Positions 20,835 through 31,670 of a DNA stretch of 64,000 bases are shown one piece after another. How positions within the stretch are numbered: position 1 is the stretch's first letter; each line of letters opens with the position of its first letter. This DNA is from Candidatus Latescibacterota bacterium (GTDB lineage Bacteria > Latescibacterota > UBA2968 > GCA-2709665). The stretch covers positions 2,944,001 to 3,008,000 of the forward strand of contig OZ242358.1 of assembly GCA_965208835.1 (NCBI GenBank), given 5' to 3'. The position numbers were made by a program, and so were the translations under genes. The notes below the pieces were generated by a model that was given only the letters and a program-made list of their open reading frames with translations, did no database searches and had not been told where the DNA came from.

Positions 20835-22832
20835 ATGTCAATGCCATCGACGAAATCGACGAATTCCGATGCCAGCACGGAAGCAGTGAAGAATCGTGGC
20901 GTGACCGTCCGGTCCATCGTCTACGGGCTCCTCCTTTCGGTAGCCATCGGCATCCTGGGCGATACGGTGCGCTACATCCTCCACGCGTCGTTTATGGCGT
21001 ACAGCCATATGCCCATGGGCAACCTGATCCTGACGCTTCTCTCCATCATCTTCTGTTCGATTCTGGCGTACAGGTTCGGCCGGCGGTTCCTGTTCTCCTC
21101 GTCCGAGTGGATCACGATTTTCTGCATGGGGTTCATCAGTTCTCTGGGGCCGACTTACGGGATCAGCGGTTACCTCGTGGGTATCATGGTCGCGCCGCAC
21201 TATTTCGTCACCCAGGAGAACGAATGGGCGCGATACCTTCACCCCTATCTGCCGGGCTGGCTGATTCCGGAGAACGAAGGCAACGCGATGGCCTGGTTTT
21301 ACGAAGGCCTGCCCCAGGGGGCGTCAATTCCCTGGGGCGTCTGGGCCGTGCCCCTGTTCTGGTGGTTCACTTTTCTCTGCGCGGTCGCTTTTGCCGTCGC
21401 CTGCCTCTCCATCATCTTCCGCAAGCAGTGGTCCGAATACGAGCGCCTCGTTTTTCCCGCCATGGAACCCATCATCGAATTCACCACGCAGGGAGGAACG
21501 GGAAGACGATGGTTCCCCGAATTCATGAAGGGCAAGGTGTTCTGGGCAGGATTCATGCTCACCACGTTCGTTTTCGGCTGGAACATGATTGCCTGGTTCT
21601 ATCCCCAGTTCCCCCGCTTCCCAACCGCTTCCGCCCGCTGGTTCTTTTTCTCGCGCGATTATCCTCCCGGCTTTTTCTTCCTGAGTACGGTTGTCATCTG
21701 CTTCTCGTATTTCGCCAGCCTCGAGATCCTCTTCAGCCTCTGGTTTTTCGATGTCCTGTTCATTCTCGAGGGGGGAATCCTGAGCGGTTTCGGCGTCTCG
21801 GCCATCTCACCCTACTATGGTCGAGGCCGTTACATCTGGCAGACGGCAGGAGGGTTTACAGCCTTCGCGCTCTGGGCGATGTGGGTCGCGAGGCATCACC
21901 TGCGCGACGTCATCAGGAAAGCCCTCAACCCCGATCGACCGACTCCGGACGACAGCAACGAGCTGCTTTCGTACCGGCACGCCGTACTCGGCCTGATTGC
22001 CGGATGTCTCTACATGGCGCTCTGGTTGGCGTGGATCGGCATGCAGGTCAAGATTATCGTCCTTCTCATCCTGTGCATGCTCTTCGTCTATACAACCGTT
22101 TCAAAGATGCTCGCGGACTCCGGAATCGTCTACCTGAACCCGCCCACGTCAGCGTGGGGTCTCGTCAGCCGGTTTCTGGGCGGTTCCCACACGTTTACCG
22201 CACACACCAAGATGGCGCTGAGCATGTCCTCGCGGGCCGTAAACCACTACCGGGGCCTCTCCATGGGTACCATGACCCACATCAATCGCCTGGCGGAATT
22301 CCTGCCGGCGGGCAAACGCCGGCTGTTCGGTGCGGTCTGCGCGGCGTTCGTGGTGGGCATGGTCACGTCCACGTTCTACACGGTGTGGCTGGGTTATACC
22401 ATGGGGGGATACAATATCCAGCCCAACTGGCTGATCATCCACGCCGGCGTCCGACAGATTCAGGGCATCGCCAACTCCATCAAGGCCGTCGACAGCCCGA
22501 TCGAATCGGTCAACTACTGGTTCTTTTTCGCCGGCGCCGCCGTCATGGCCCTGTTGAATCTGATGCGGTATCGCTTCGTCTGGTGGCCGCTGCATCCCAT
22601 CGGATTCGCCCTCTCCGGCACGGCGCTTTCGCGGCTTACAAGCGCGACCATCTTTGTCGCCTGGCTGGTCAAACTGAGTATGCTCAAGCTGGCCGGCGCC
22701 GCCTTCTACCGGAAATCCAGACCCTTTTTCATCGGCATGCTTGTAGGTTACATATTGTCGGTGGCCGCAGGCGTTGTCGTGGACGCCATCTGGTTCCAGC
22801 CGGATGGACACGTGGTACACAAATGGTACTAG
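20835..22832 (+). CDS. DUF6785/DUF6784-like multi-pass membrane protein (putative transporter)
   Basis: Many TM helices; SIPWGVWAVPL, IFRKQWSEYERLVFP, RFVWWPLHPIGF, YRKSRPFFIG motifs. Confidence 0.75.
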   Translation: MSMPSTKSTNSDASTEAVKNRGVTVRSIVYGLLLSVAIGILGDTVRYILHASFMAYSHMPMGNLILTLLSIIFCSILAYRFGRRFLFSSSEWITIFCMGFISSLGPTYGISGYLVGIMVAPHYFVTQENEWARYLHPYLPGWLIPENEGNAMAWFYEGLPQGASIPWGVWAVPLFWWFTFLCAVAFAVACLSIIFRKQWSEYERLVFPAMEPIIEFTTQGGTGRRWFPEFMKGKVFWAGFMLTTFVFGWNMIAWFYPQFPRFPTASARWFFFSRDYPPGFFFLSTVVICFSYFASLEILFSLWFFDVLFILEGGILSGFGVSAISPYYGRGRYIWQTAGGFTAFALWAMWVARHHLRDVIRKALNPDRPTPDDSNELLSYRHAVLGLIAGCLYMALWLAWIGMQVKIIVLLILCMLFVYTTVSKMLADSGIVYLNPPTSAWGLVSRFLGGSHTFTAHTKMALSMSSRAVNHYRGLSMGTMTHINRLAEFLPAGKRRLFGAVCAAFVVGMVTSTFYTVWLGYTMGGYNIQPNWLIIHAGVRQIQGIANSIKAVDSPIESVNYWFFFAGAAVMALLNLMRYRFVWWPLHPIGFALSGTALSRLTSATIFVAWLVKLSMLKLAGAAFYRKSRPFFIGMLVGYILSVAAGVVVDAIWFQPDGHVVHKWY

Positions 22833-22921
22833 CGATCTGCTATCCGGCCGGAAACCCTGCTCAGCAGGTATCGCCCTGACGTCCAATTGACGAAAATCCT
22901 CATTAAGATTCAGGTATTTCC

Positions 22922-25900
22922 GTGAAAACAAAAAACATCACACTCGGCCTGGTCATCCTGATCGCCTTTCTCGCGTTGACCCTGGTCTCCCCTCAGTCGC
23001 TGACCGACCGCCTGTTCGAATGGTTCGACATCCGCTATCCCGATCCGCCGCCCGACCGGGTGGCGACCGGCCAGCAGCAACTGGCCGACAGCATCCGTGG
23101 CCGAATCACTCCGGCTGGAGTCGAGTCCCGTCTGCTCCGGCTCAGCGGATCGGGTTCCCGTGTCGTGGGCTACCCGGGCCACAGCGATGCATCTCTCTAT
23201 ATCCGGGAAGAGTTCGAACGTATCGGACTGGAAAACGTCTCGGTGGAAACCTACGACGTCACGTCGCCGGTCGACAAGGGCGGCGGGCTTCGCATCCTCG
23301 GTGAGCCACGCATCATCCCCATTCATGCGGTCTGGCCCAACCTGGTCCGCACGTCCACGCTGCCGCGCGCCGGACTGCGGGCCCCTCTGATTGACGGCGG
23401 CGCCGGCGAATTCGCCGATTTCAACGGCAAAGAGCCGGACGGGAGCGTCGTGCTGCTGGATTTCAACTCCTGGAACCGCTGGATGAACGCCTCCATGCTG
23501 GGCGCAAGGGCGATCGTCTTTGTCGCGCCGGATTCGACCACAACGGCCGAGGCGGAGCAGAAATTCTTCCAGGTCCCGCTCAACGCGCCCCGCTTCTGGA
23601 TCGGCAAGTCCGCAGGGGAACGTCTCCGGCGCCGACTGGCCGCCGGCGAGCGGATCGAAGTGGAATTGAAGTCCCGGATGGACTGGGAGCGGCATCCGAC
23701 GCAGAACATCATGGGCTGGATTACGGGCGCGGATCCGCAGCTTCGGGAACGCGTTGTCCTGATCGACGCCTACTACGACGCGATGTCGGTGGTACCCGCG
23801 CTCGCCCCGGGCGCAGAACAGGCATCCGGAATCGCCGCCATGCTGGAGATGGCTGAATATTTCAAGGCGCATCCGCCCGCCCACACCGTCCTTTTCCTGG
23901 CCACGTCGGCCCACAATCTCGGCTTTCGCGGCGTATGCGACTTCCTGGGAAGGCATGCGCGGAAAGAGGAACATTTCGCCGCGCTGATGACCGACCCCAT
24001 CGATATCCGGCTGTGGATCTCCCTGGACCTCACCTCGCAAACCGACCAGATGGCCGTATGGAACGGTTCCACCGCGTTCTACTTCCAGCGGTTCTTCACG
24101 CCTCTCGGCAAACGCTTCAGCACCCTCGGCTCGGACCTCGCGCCGGCATTCGGCATGGACGCAAAGCGGTCGCTCGTCGACGGCATCAACCCGCCATCGG
24201 GTATGAGCTGGAACATGTTCATTCCCGGCGGCAATTTGAAGACCGACTCACAGGTCGTACTCACCGCGGGAATGCCGACATTGGCTTTCGTGACCATCAA
24301 CGACGCCCGATTCAGGGTCGATACCCCCTACGACACCGTCGACCACGTCAATCTGACCAACCTGACGAATCAGATCCGGCTGCTGACCGCGGCGCTTAGC
24401 AAGGCCTTCAACGATCCTGGCTTCCTGCCCGATTACCGCGTCAAGATGAAGGACCGGATGCGCGCGTTGAAGGGACGCATCCTCACCTTTCCCCGGCGCA
24501 GCATCACGCCGGACCGGCCCCGCAAGGGCGCGGTGGCGGTATTGCGAATGTCTTCCGAGAAATCGGTCAAGGGCGTACGTGCCATTTTCTACGATCAAGC
24601 AGACGAAAACGGCGAGTTCTACGTTCCCGGTCTCGCCGTGCGCCGGGTTGGACTCGATGCCTTTTATCTTGACCCGCAAAGCGGCGAAATCACCTATGCG
24701 GCAGATCGAGGGCAGGCAGCCCGGATCTACAAGCCTGAATTCGGCATGGACTGGTGGATAACACGCGCCACGCGCATCCTGTTTCCCTGTGTTTCTACGG
24801 ATTTTTACGAAACCGTGGACCCGCGTTACCTCACCAAACTCCCGAGTCTCTCCCTGTACGGTGACGGGAACACCGCCCCTCGGGAATATGGATATACCCT
24901 GGGCTACGGCCCCAACGAGCCGGTGGGGGTCGTGTTCACTCCTCCCGGCACCAGACTCAAGCTCACCATGCATACGCGCGGGATCGGCATCCGCTACCTG
25001 CTGCTGAATGCAACGGATACAACCAGCGTCGAAGCTGCGCATAAAAGCGGATTTGTGGCCGCCACCCACGGCGCAATAACGCACACGGCTTACCAGGCCG
25101 CCAGAGACATGTGGGTCCTGGACCACGCCAGAATGCGCGAACTTCACGCCTTCGGAATCGAAAACGACCGTCTTGCCGATCTGCACAGCAGGGCGAAGGA
25201 ACACCTGGACAAGGCGGACGCCTCCCGGCAGGAATTGCGGTGGGACGATTTCATCAGGCATTCTCGGGCCGCGCTGGGTCTCGAGTCACGTGCGTATCCC
25301 GATGTAAAGGGGACGCAGAACGACGTGATCCGCGGCATCATCTTCTTTATGGCCCTGGTGCTTCCCTGTGCCTTCTTCGGAGAGCGTCTGATTTTCACTG
25401 CGGTGGATATCCGGCGCCAGATTGCGGGTTTTGCAGGCATTTTCGTCGTGATCTGGATCTTCCTGTCGATCGTCCATCCCGCGTTCGACCTTTCCAATCC
25501 TTTCGTAATACTCCTCGCCTTTGTGCTCCTGGCGCTGGCCAGCTTCGTGATCAGTCTGGTATTCTCCCGCTTCAACAGTCAAATGCGCAACCTCCGTACG
25601 GAGGCCGCCGTTATCCACGACGTGGACGTGGGTCGGATTTCCGCCTCTCTGGCTGCCTTTCAACTGGGCATCGCCAACATGAAGCGGCGCAAACTCAGAA
25701 CGCTGCTGACGTTTACCACGCTGGTGCTGCTCACCTTTACCGTCCTTTCTTTCTCTTCCATCAAGTCCCAGCTCAAGTTTCACCAGATCGCGCGCGATAA
25801 TCTGGGCCCGTATCCGGGGATGCTCATCCGCAGCAAGTACTGGGCGCCGCTGGAGGAGTCCGTTCTGGATTATGCGCAGGCCAACTTCGGAAAGGAAGCC

Positions 25901-27460
25901 GTGATTGCGCCGCGCAGCTGGTACGCCTCCAAAGAGAAAAAAGCCATCCAGGTCGTATCGGACAGCGCGTCGGCAAACGCGCTCGGCATTGTGGGGCTGA
26001 CCGCGCAGGAGACCGATGTGATCGGTATCCAGGACTGCCTGTCCGCCGGTCGGTGGTTCCTTCCGGACGAGCGCAACGTTACCGTGCTGTCCCAGGCGAT
26101 GGCTGACCTTCTGAAGATCGGTGAATCCGATATCGGACAGGCGGAGGTACGCCTCTTCGGAGAGCGTTTCAAGGTTGTCGGTCTGATCGACGCCGAACGG
26201 ATGAAAGATCTGGAAGACCTCGATGGCGAGCCGCTCACGCCTGCCGATTTCGTGCTGACCGACGAGAACGTGTTCATGCAGATGGCCCAGCAGGAGAAGC
26301 GGGAGAAGGCCGGACTGGAGGAGACGGACGTCGAAATCATGGAGTTCGAACACCTCGACCCGGCAAACGTGATGGTGGTCCCCTACCAGACCCTGAGGGA
26401 GGTCAACAGCCCGCTCCAGGCAATTGCGGTCCGGTTCAGGGAACCGGCGGTCGTCAAGGCGCGCGTGGAGAGTTTCATCTCGCGGCTGTCCGTCGTCCTC
26501 TTCGCCGGGATCCCGGACATTTCGCCTGAGGGAAAGATCGGGCGGATTGCCGTTTCCGTGTACTCCTCGTACGGACAGGCGTCGCCCCAGGGCCTCGCCA
26601 ACCTCTTCGTTCCCATCGCCATAGCGGCCCTGATCGTGTTGAACACGATGATGGGATCCGTGTACGAGCGATTCCGGGAAATCGGCATCTATTCCTCGGT
26701 CGGTCTGGCGCCCGTCCACATCGCCTTCCTGTTCCTGGCCGAGTCCTGCGTGTACGCGGTGCTCGGCGCGGTCTCGGGCTATCTGCTGGCACAGGGCGTG
26801 TCCAAAGTCGTACTCTGGCAGGGGCTTCTGGAGGGCATAACGGTGAACTATTCTTCGGTATCGGCCATGGCCTCCTCGACGCTTGTCATGCTCGTGGTGA
26901 TCCTGTCCACCGTATACCCTGCACGGCGGGCTTCCCAGATGGCGGTTCCGGATATCACCCGGCGCTGGAAACTCCCAGAACCGGACGGGGACCGCTGGCA
27001 CTTCGAGTTTCCGTTCACCATATCCGGCGGCGAGGTTCTGGGGCTGTTTACGTTTCTCACCCGGTACTTCGACTTCCATACGGAAAGCTCGATGGGCACC
27101 TTCTTTACCCACGGGGCCAACCTGTCCACGTATGACACCGACCGTGGCCGTGGCTATCGTATAGATACGACAATCTGGCTGGCGCCCTTCGATCTCGGGG
27201 TAAGCCAGAACATCAGCCTCACGTCCACGCCCACCGGCGCGTTCGACATCCACGCGCTTGAAATCACCATTGACCGGCTTTCGGGCGATCTCGCCTCGTG
27301 GAAACGATGCAACCAGCGCTTCATGAACCAGATCCGGAAACAGTTCCTCATCTGGCGTACGATTCCCGAAGAAAGTCAGCGTCAATACGCGAGTGAGGGC
27401 GATGAGCTGATCGACAAGGGCCGGGCGGCCAACCTGGCGTCCGCGGTGGAGAACGTCTGA
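22922..27460 (+). CDS. 1512-aa M28-peptidase-like / FtsX(MacB)-permease fusion protein
   Basis: RVVGYPG, PA-like insert, AYYDxxSVVPALAPGA; TM bundle; NMKRRKLRTLLT; SVYERFREIGIYSSVGLAP and YPARRAS FtsX motifs. Confidence 0.8.
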   Translation: MKTKNITLGLVILIAFLALTLVSPQSLTDRLFEWFDIRYPDPPPDRVATGQQQLADSIRGRITPAGVESRLLRLSGSGSRVVGYPGHSDASLYIREEFERIGLENVSVETYDVTSPVDKGGGLRILGEPRIIPIHAVWPNLVRTSTLPRAGLRAPLIDGGAGEFADFNGKEPDGSVVLLDFNSWNRWMNASMLGARAIVFVAPDSTTTAEAEQKFFQVPLNAPRFWIGKSAGERLRRRLAAGERIEVELKSRMDWERHPTQNIMGWITGADPQLRERVVLIDAYYDAMSVVPALAPGAEQASGIAAMLEMAEYFKAHPPAHTVLFLATSAHNLGFRGVCDFLGRHARKEEHFAALMTDPIDIRLWISLDLTSQTDQMAVWNGSTAFYFQRFFTPLGKRFSTLGSDLAPAFGMDAKRSLVDGINPPSGMSWNMFIPGGNLKTDSQVVLTAGMPTLAFVTINDARFRVDTPYDTVDHVNLTNLTNQIRLLTAALSKAFNDPGFLPDYRVKMKDRMRALKGRILTFPRRSITPDRPRKGAVAVLRMSSEKSVKGVRAIFYDQADENGEFYVPGLAVRRVGLDAFYLDPQSGEITYAADRGQAARIYKPEFGMDWWITRATRILFPCVSTDFYETVDPRYLTKLPSLSLYGDGNTAPREYGYTLGYGPNEPVGVVFTPPGTRLKLTMHTRGIGIRYLLLNATDTTSVEAAHKSGFVAATHGAITHTAYQAARDMWVLDHARMRELHAFGIENDRLADLHSRAKEHLDKADASRQELRWDDFIRHSRAALGLESRAYPDVKGTQNDVIRGIIFFMALVLPCAFFGERLIFTAVDIRRQIAGFAGIFVVIWIFLSIVHPAFDLSNPFVILLAFVLLALASFVISLVFSRFNSQMRNLRTEAAVIHDVDVGRISASLAAFQLGIANMKRRKLRTLLTFTTLVLLTFTVLSFSSIKSQLKFHQIARDNLGPYPGMLIRSKYWAPLEESVLDYAQANFGKEAVIAPRSWYASKEKKAIQVVSDSASANALGIVGLTAQETDVIGIQDCLSAGRWFLPDERNVTVLSQAMADLLKIGESDIGQAEVRLFGERFKVVGLIDAERMKDLEDLDGEPLTPADFVLTDENVFMQMAQQEKREKAGLEETDVEIMEFEHLDPANVMVVPYQTLREVNSPLQAIAVRFREPAVVKARVESFISRLSVVLFAGIPDISPEGKIGRIAVSVYSSYGQASPQGLANLFVPIAIAALIVLNTMMGSVYERFREIGIYSSVGLAPVHIAFLFLAESCVYAVLGAVSGYLLAQGVSKVVLWQGLLEGITVNYSSVSAMASSTLVMLVVILSTVYPARRASQMAVPDITRRWKLPEPDGDRWHFEFPFTISGGEVLGLFTFLTRYFDFHTESSMGTFFTHGANLSTYDTDRGRGYRIDTTIWLAPFDLGVSQNISLTSTPTGAFDIHALEITIDRLSGDLASWKRCNQRFMNQIRKQFLIWRTIPEESQRQYASEGDELIDKGRAANLASAVENV

Positions 27461-27552
27461 TGCCGGCCCGACCCCTCCTTCCACGCCCATCGGCGCACCG
27501 GGAACCCCGCCCGGCGTGTCAATGCCGCTACCGGCTACGGAAGCCGTAGACC

Positions 27553-28839
27553 GTGTCTCTCGGCAGACACATTCTGGTTGAGCTTTACGGGGCTCCCGCA
27601 TCCGTACTGAACGACGTCATCCGCATCGAAGCGTGCATGGTTCGCGCGGCTCGAGCGGCGAACGCCACCGTTATCAACACGTCCTTCCATCGTTTTTCGC
27701 CTTACGGCGTCTCCGGCGTCGTTGTCATCCACGAGAGCCACCTCTCCATCCATACCTGGCCGGAGTACGGTTTCGCCGCGGTCGATCTGTTTACCTGCGG
27801 AGATACGATCGACCCGTGGCCTGCGTATGAAGCGCTGAAGTCGGACCTGAAAGCCGCTCACGGCACGACCCGCGAAATCGACCGCGGTCAGTTCGATGGT
27901 CCCGCTCAGGCCGATGCCGCGTCGACGCAGGCAGCCGCGGAAAATCCTCCAGCGCACATCCGCAATCTCTGGTTTACCAGGCGGGAGGAACAGATTGCCC
28001 TCTCGCTCAGGCACGCCGGCGCGCTCTTCCAGCACGAGTCGCCACATCAGAAAATCGAAGTTCTCGACAGCTACGGGTACGGCAAGACGCTGGTGATCGA
28101 CGGGGCGATCGTATGCACGGAACGCGACGAGTACATCTACCACGAGATGATCGTCCACGTACCCATGCAGACCCGCCCCGACGCGAAGCGAGCCCTGGTT
28201 GTCGGGGGAGGCGACGGCGGCGCCCTTCGAGAACTCTTGCGTTACCAGCGGATCGAGGAGGTCGTCGTCGTTGAACTCGACGACGCGGTTGTCAGCGCAT
28301 GCAGAAAACACTTCCCGGCCCTCGCGCCGGCCTTCGATGACCCCAGACTCTCGCTTCACATTGCGGACGGTTTCGACTTTCTGCAAACCTGCCCCGCCGG
28401 GTCCTTCGATCTCGCGATCGTCGATGTCGCCAATCCCGCCGGCGGGCCCCGGCATCTGTTTTCAGAACCCTTCTACGGGCGGGTCCGGGAGAGCCTCGGT
28501 CCCGGAGGCGTAATGGCCGCGCAAACGGAACCGCCCGCGCTCGACAGCCGGACTTTCTCTGAAATATACAGACGCCAGGAAACGGTCTTCGGCACGGGAA
28601 ACGTACACTGCTACCTGGCCTGCATCCCCACGTATGCGACCGGTCTGCTCAGCTTTTCTTATGCCGCAGCCGAGTGTGCGGACCCCCAGAACGACATCGT
28701 TCCGGCGAAAGCCCGCCGATTTGCGGATGCCCAGAACCTGCAATATTACAACGACGAAATTCACAAAGCCGCCTTTGTACTTCCCCCGTACGTCAGACGT
28801 CTTCTGCGAGGTGAAACCCCGATGCCGGCGCGGTCCTGA
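27553..28839 (+). CDS. Fused S-adenosylmethionine decarboxylase (SpeD/SpeH) and spermidine synthase (SpeE)
   Basis: N-term LGRHILVE...[20 protein letters not shown]; C-term [34 protein letters not shown]. Confidence 0.92.
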   Translation: MSLGRHILVELYGAPASVLNDVIRIEACMVRAARAANATVINTSFHRFSPYGVSGVVVIHESHLSIHTWPEYGFAAVDLFTCGDTIDPWPAYEALKSDLKAAHGTTREIDRGQFDGPAQADAASTQAAAENPPAHIRNLWFTRREEQIALSLRHAGALFQHESPHQKIEVLDSYGYGKTLVIDGAIVCTERDEYIYHEMIVHVPMQTRPDAKRALVVGGGDGGALRELLRYQRIEEVVVVELDDAVVSACRKHFPALAPAFDDPRLSLHIADGFDFLQTCPAGSFDLAIVDVANPAGGPRHLFSEPFYGRVRESLGPGGVMAAQTEPPALDSRTFSEIYRRQETVFGTGNVHCYLACIPTYATGLLSFSYAAAECADPQNDIVPAKARRFADAQNLQYYNDEIHKAAFVLPPYVRRLLRGETPMPARS

Positions 28840-29002
28840 CACCGGCAATATCGCGGATGACCACAACACATTCCCGGCGAATTCGTGTAGGGCCGTCCGA
28901 CGGTGGTTCCTCTGCTTTTTGGTTGACAACGGGCACGCCTGAGCGTAGCTTCAGCGACGACCGCCAGGCAAAATCCGCAGGAAGTGAGTAAAGGAAACAG
29001 CA

Positions 29003-29545
29003 ATGGCCGACGAACCGCCATCCGAGATGCGACCGCTTGACGCCGCTGGCAGAATCGGGTTCAACAGACGGTTCGTCGCGTTCGCAATCGACGTCATCGC
29101 CATCTGGATCCTGACCTCCGTTACGGGCCTTGTCACTGGAGACGACGGCTCCTCGATTCCGTCGAGCCTGAACGACCTCTCTGAACTGACGGCGCTTATG
29201 GCGAGCGTGGGCGTCGTCGTATCCGCCGTCCAGATCCTCTACTGCCTGATCGAGGGTCTCACCGGCGCATCGCCCGGAAAGATGATCGTCAGGATTCACA
29301 TCAGGGACGCCAGCGGCGCGCCGGCAAGCACCGGTACGCTGATTCTCCGCATGATTGTAAAACAGATAAAGGTCTTTGCGACGCTGCTTGTCTCGCTCAC
29401 CGGGAGCCAACTGCTGACGGTTGTCGGGTTGGCAGGGGGCTTGATCGTCTTCTTCGGATGCTTTCTCGCACTGGGCGCCGCCAGACAGGCGCTGCACGAC
29501 CGGTTTGTCCAGACCGCCGTATTCCCTACGGGAACCCGTGCCTGA
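29003..29545 (+). CDS. RDD-family membrane protein
   Basis: RRFVAFAID, GASPGK, RQALHD. Confidence 0.85.
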   Translation: MADEPPSEMRPLDAAGRIGFNRRFVAFAIDVIAIWILTSVTGLVTGDDGSSIPSSLNDLSELTALMASVGVVVSAVQILYCLIEGLTGASPGKMIVRIHIRDASGAPASTGTLILRMIVKQIKVFATLLVSLTGSQLLTVVGLAGGLIVFFGCFLALGAARQALHDRFVQTAVFPTGTRA

Positions 29546-29607
29546 ACCTTTTTTATCCCCGAAATTCTCCCTGAACGCTGCATCCCGGGGGGAATTTTGC
29601 GTAAAGT

Positions 29608-30381
29608 ATGGGAACAGTCAGCGAACTATCGTCGGAAGGAGATAACACCGTTCCCCGGACACATACGCTCGATACGATCGGCCGAGACCTGAGAGCGCTT
29701 GGCGTCGAACCGGGGGATACGCTCTTCATTCATTCGTCCTTCAAGAGCCTCGGACGGGTCGACGGTGGCGCGCTTACCGTCGTTAGAGCCCTTGAGAACG
29801 CGACGAATCCGGGCGGCCTCATCCTGATGCCCTCATTCAATCTCCTGGAGGACAACCGGTTGCGCGCCGAGACCTGGGACCCGGATACCACACCCTCGAC
29901 GGTGGGTTGGCTCACCGAGTTCTTCCGCACGCTGCCCGGTACGTATCGCTCCGACCACTACTCCCATTCCGTCGCCGCCCGCGGCACAAACGCCCGGGCG
30001 TTCGTTGAGGGCCACCGCGAAAGAAGCGGGCGTTCTTCTCCGTGGGACCGTGACCCGTGGGGCAAGACTTACGGCGACAATTCACCTATGGTCCGCGCGT
30101 ATGGGGCCGGCGGCAAGGTGCTCATGCTGGGCGTGACGTACGAAACCTCCACCTACATGCATCTTGTTGAAGTCATCTGCTGGCACCGGCGCCTCGAGAA
30201 CGAACCGGATGCCGCCTATGGAAGGATCAACCGACCGGCGATGGGGGCATTCTGGGAACAAAACGGCGAGCTCAACCGGGGGCCGGTGGGCGATGCCGGA
30301 TGCCGGCTCTTCCCCATCCGGGCCTATGTGGACACGCTTGTCGAGGAGGTGGAAGGACGGCCGGAGGCCTATTTCAAATAG
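29608..30381 (+). CDS. AAC(3)/YokD-family N-acetyltransferase
   Basis: LGVEPGDTLFIHSSFKSLG, LMPSF, GWLTEFFR, RSDHYSHSVAA, TYMHLVE. Confidence 0.88.
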   Translation: MGTVSELSSEGDNTVPRTHTLDTIGRDLRALGVEPGDTLFIHSSFKSLGRVDGGALTVVRALENATNPGGLILMPSFNLLEDNRLRAETWDPDTTPSTVGWLTEFFRTLPGTYRSDHYSHSVAARGTNARAFVEGHRERSGRSSPWDRDPWGKTYGDNSPMVRAYGAGGKVLMLGVTYETSTYMHLVEVICWHRRLENEPDAAYGRINRPAMGAFWEQNGELNRGPVGDAGCRLFPIRAYVDTLVEEVEGRPEAYFK

Positions 30382-30484
30382 GCCGTTTCCGGCCGGGCTA
30401 CACGTCGGTCGAAACAGGACAATCCAATTCCGGGACGAACACCGGACCGAACCAGCCGCAGGCAGGATCCTGAAGGAGGTTTTC

Positions 30485-30730
30485 GTGACGTCAGCACAAG
30501 CTGCATCGCTGAGGAACGCATTGGAAGCGATGATGGAAGCCATTGAAAAAAGGGAACCGATCGCGGACCACCTGCACCATCTGGCTACGCTCCACCGTAA
30601 ACTGGCCCCCTTCACGTCACGGCAACTGGATCACTTCCTGAAGAACAGAAGCTATACCAAGGCGCTGGAATACCTCCGCGACGGTGTCGTCATCGAGGAC
30701 CCGGACCGCCCCGACTGCGACGATACATAA
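30485..30730 (+). CDS. Small hypothetical protein
   Basis: Strong SD AAGGAGG before GTG; LDHFLKNRSYTKALEYL helix. Confidence 0.65.
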   Translation: MTSAQAASLRNALEAMMEAIEKREPIADHLHHLATLHRKLAPFTSRQLDHFLKNRSYTKALEYLRDGVVIEDPDRPDCDDT

Positions 30731-30853
30731 TCCCACCTGTGCGCCACCCGCTGTTCCACCCATCCAGGATCGGTCACGGGAGAACCGGCGCGACGGCCGA
30801 CCGGGTCCCGCCGCGCCCCCACGATCCTCAGCTCCGTGCAGAAAGGCTCCGCT

Positions 30854-31621
30854 ATGGTAAAGAGCATACGCCGACGCGCGCTTGAGCGCGAAGTCGTTGC
30901 AGGGACGTTCCTGAACCTGGGGTCCGCCGTCACGGCCGAGATCGCCGGGAAGAGCGGTCTGGACTGGGTCCTGATCGACATCGAACACGGCGCGTCGGAC
31001 CTGGAAACGCTTCGAGTCCAGCTTCAGGTGGTCTCGGGAACGCCCGCCGTGCCCATCGTGCGTATCGCGGCCAACGAACCCCCCAGATTCAAACGTGTCC
31101 TGGATATGGGCGCTTCGGGAGTCATGGTACCTTATGTGAGTACGGTGGCAGAGGCGGAGCAGGCCGTGGCTTCGAGCCGCTATCCCCCGCGAGGTATCCG
31201 GGGCGTTGCAAAATTGAACCGGGGCAGCGAGTTCGGACGGGACTTCGACGAATATTTCAGTAAGTCCCACGAGTTGCTGACGACGGTCGTGCAGATTGAA
31301 ACCCCGGAAGCCGTGAACGCCATTGACGACATCGCCGCGGTAAACGGCGTGGACGTCCTGTTTATCGGCCCCCTCGACCTCAGCGTCAACCTGGGGATTC
31401 CGCAGCAGTTCGACCATCCCCGGTTTCTGGATGCCAGAACAAGGGTCTCACACGCCGCCAGACGGGCGGGCAAGGCCGCCGGTATACTGCTTCTGGACCC
31501 GGATCATCTCGACGCCGCGGTGCGGGACGGGTTCACCTTTATAGCACTCGGATCGGACGGCGGCCTCGTCGCGGCCGGCATGCAGAACGTCTCGGCCGCA
31601 TTCGATCCGCATACGGCGTAA
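30854..31621 (+). CDS. HpcH/HpaI class II pyruvate aldolase (GarL/RhmA-like)
   Basis: DWVLIDIEHG, LDMGASGVMVP, RYPPRGIRG, VQIET, VDVLFIGPLDLS. Confidence 0.92.
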   Translation: MVKSIRRRALEREVVAGTFLNLGSAVTAEIAGKSGLDWVLIDIEHGASDLETLRVQLQVVSGTPAVPIVRIAANEPPRFKRVLDMGASGVMVPYVSTVAEAEQAVASSRYPPRGIRGVAKLNRGSEFGRDFDEYFSKSHELLTTVVQIETPEAVNAIDDIAAVNGVDVLFIGPLDLSVNLGIPQQFDHPRFLDARTRVSHAARRAGKAAGILLLDPDHLDAAVRDGFTFIALGSDGGLVAAGMQNVSAAFDPHTA

Positions 31622-31670
31622 CGGCGCACGAGGTGTGCATCGACCGGCGCCGGCGCGGAGAACGTCAGTC

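Noticed and set aside
20663-27601. Very long alternative ORFs (20663-22879 +, 25286-27601 -; likewise 39087-40604 -)
   Set aside because: Shadow frames of well-supported genes in GC-rich DNA
29608-30381. Acquired aminoglycoside resistance gene
   Set aside because: The AAC(3)/YokD family includes many non-resistance enzymes; host-like composition and no mobile context
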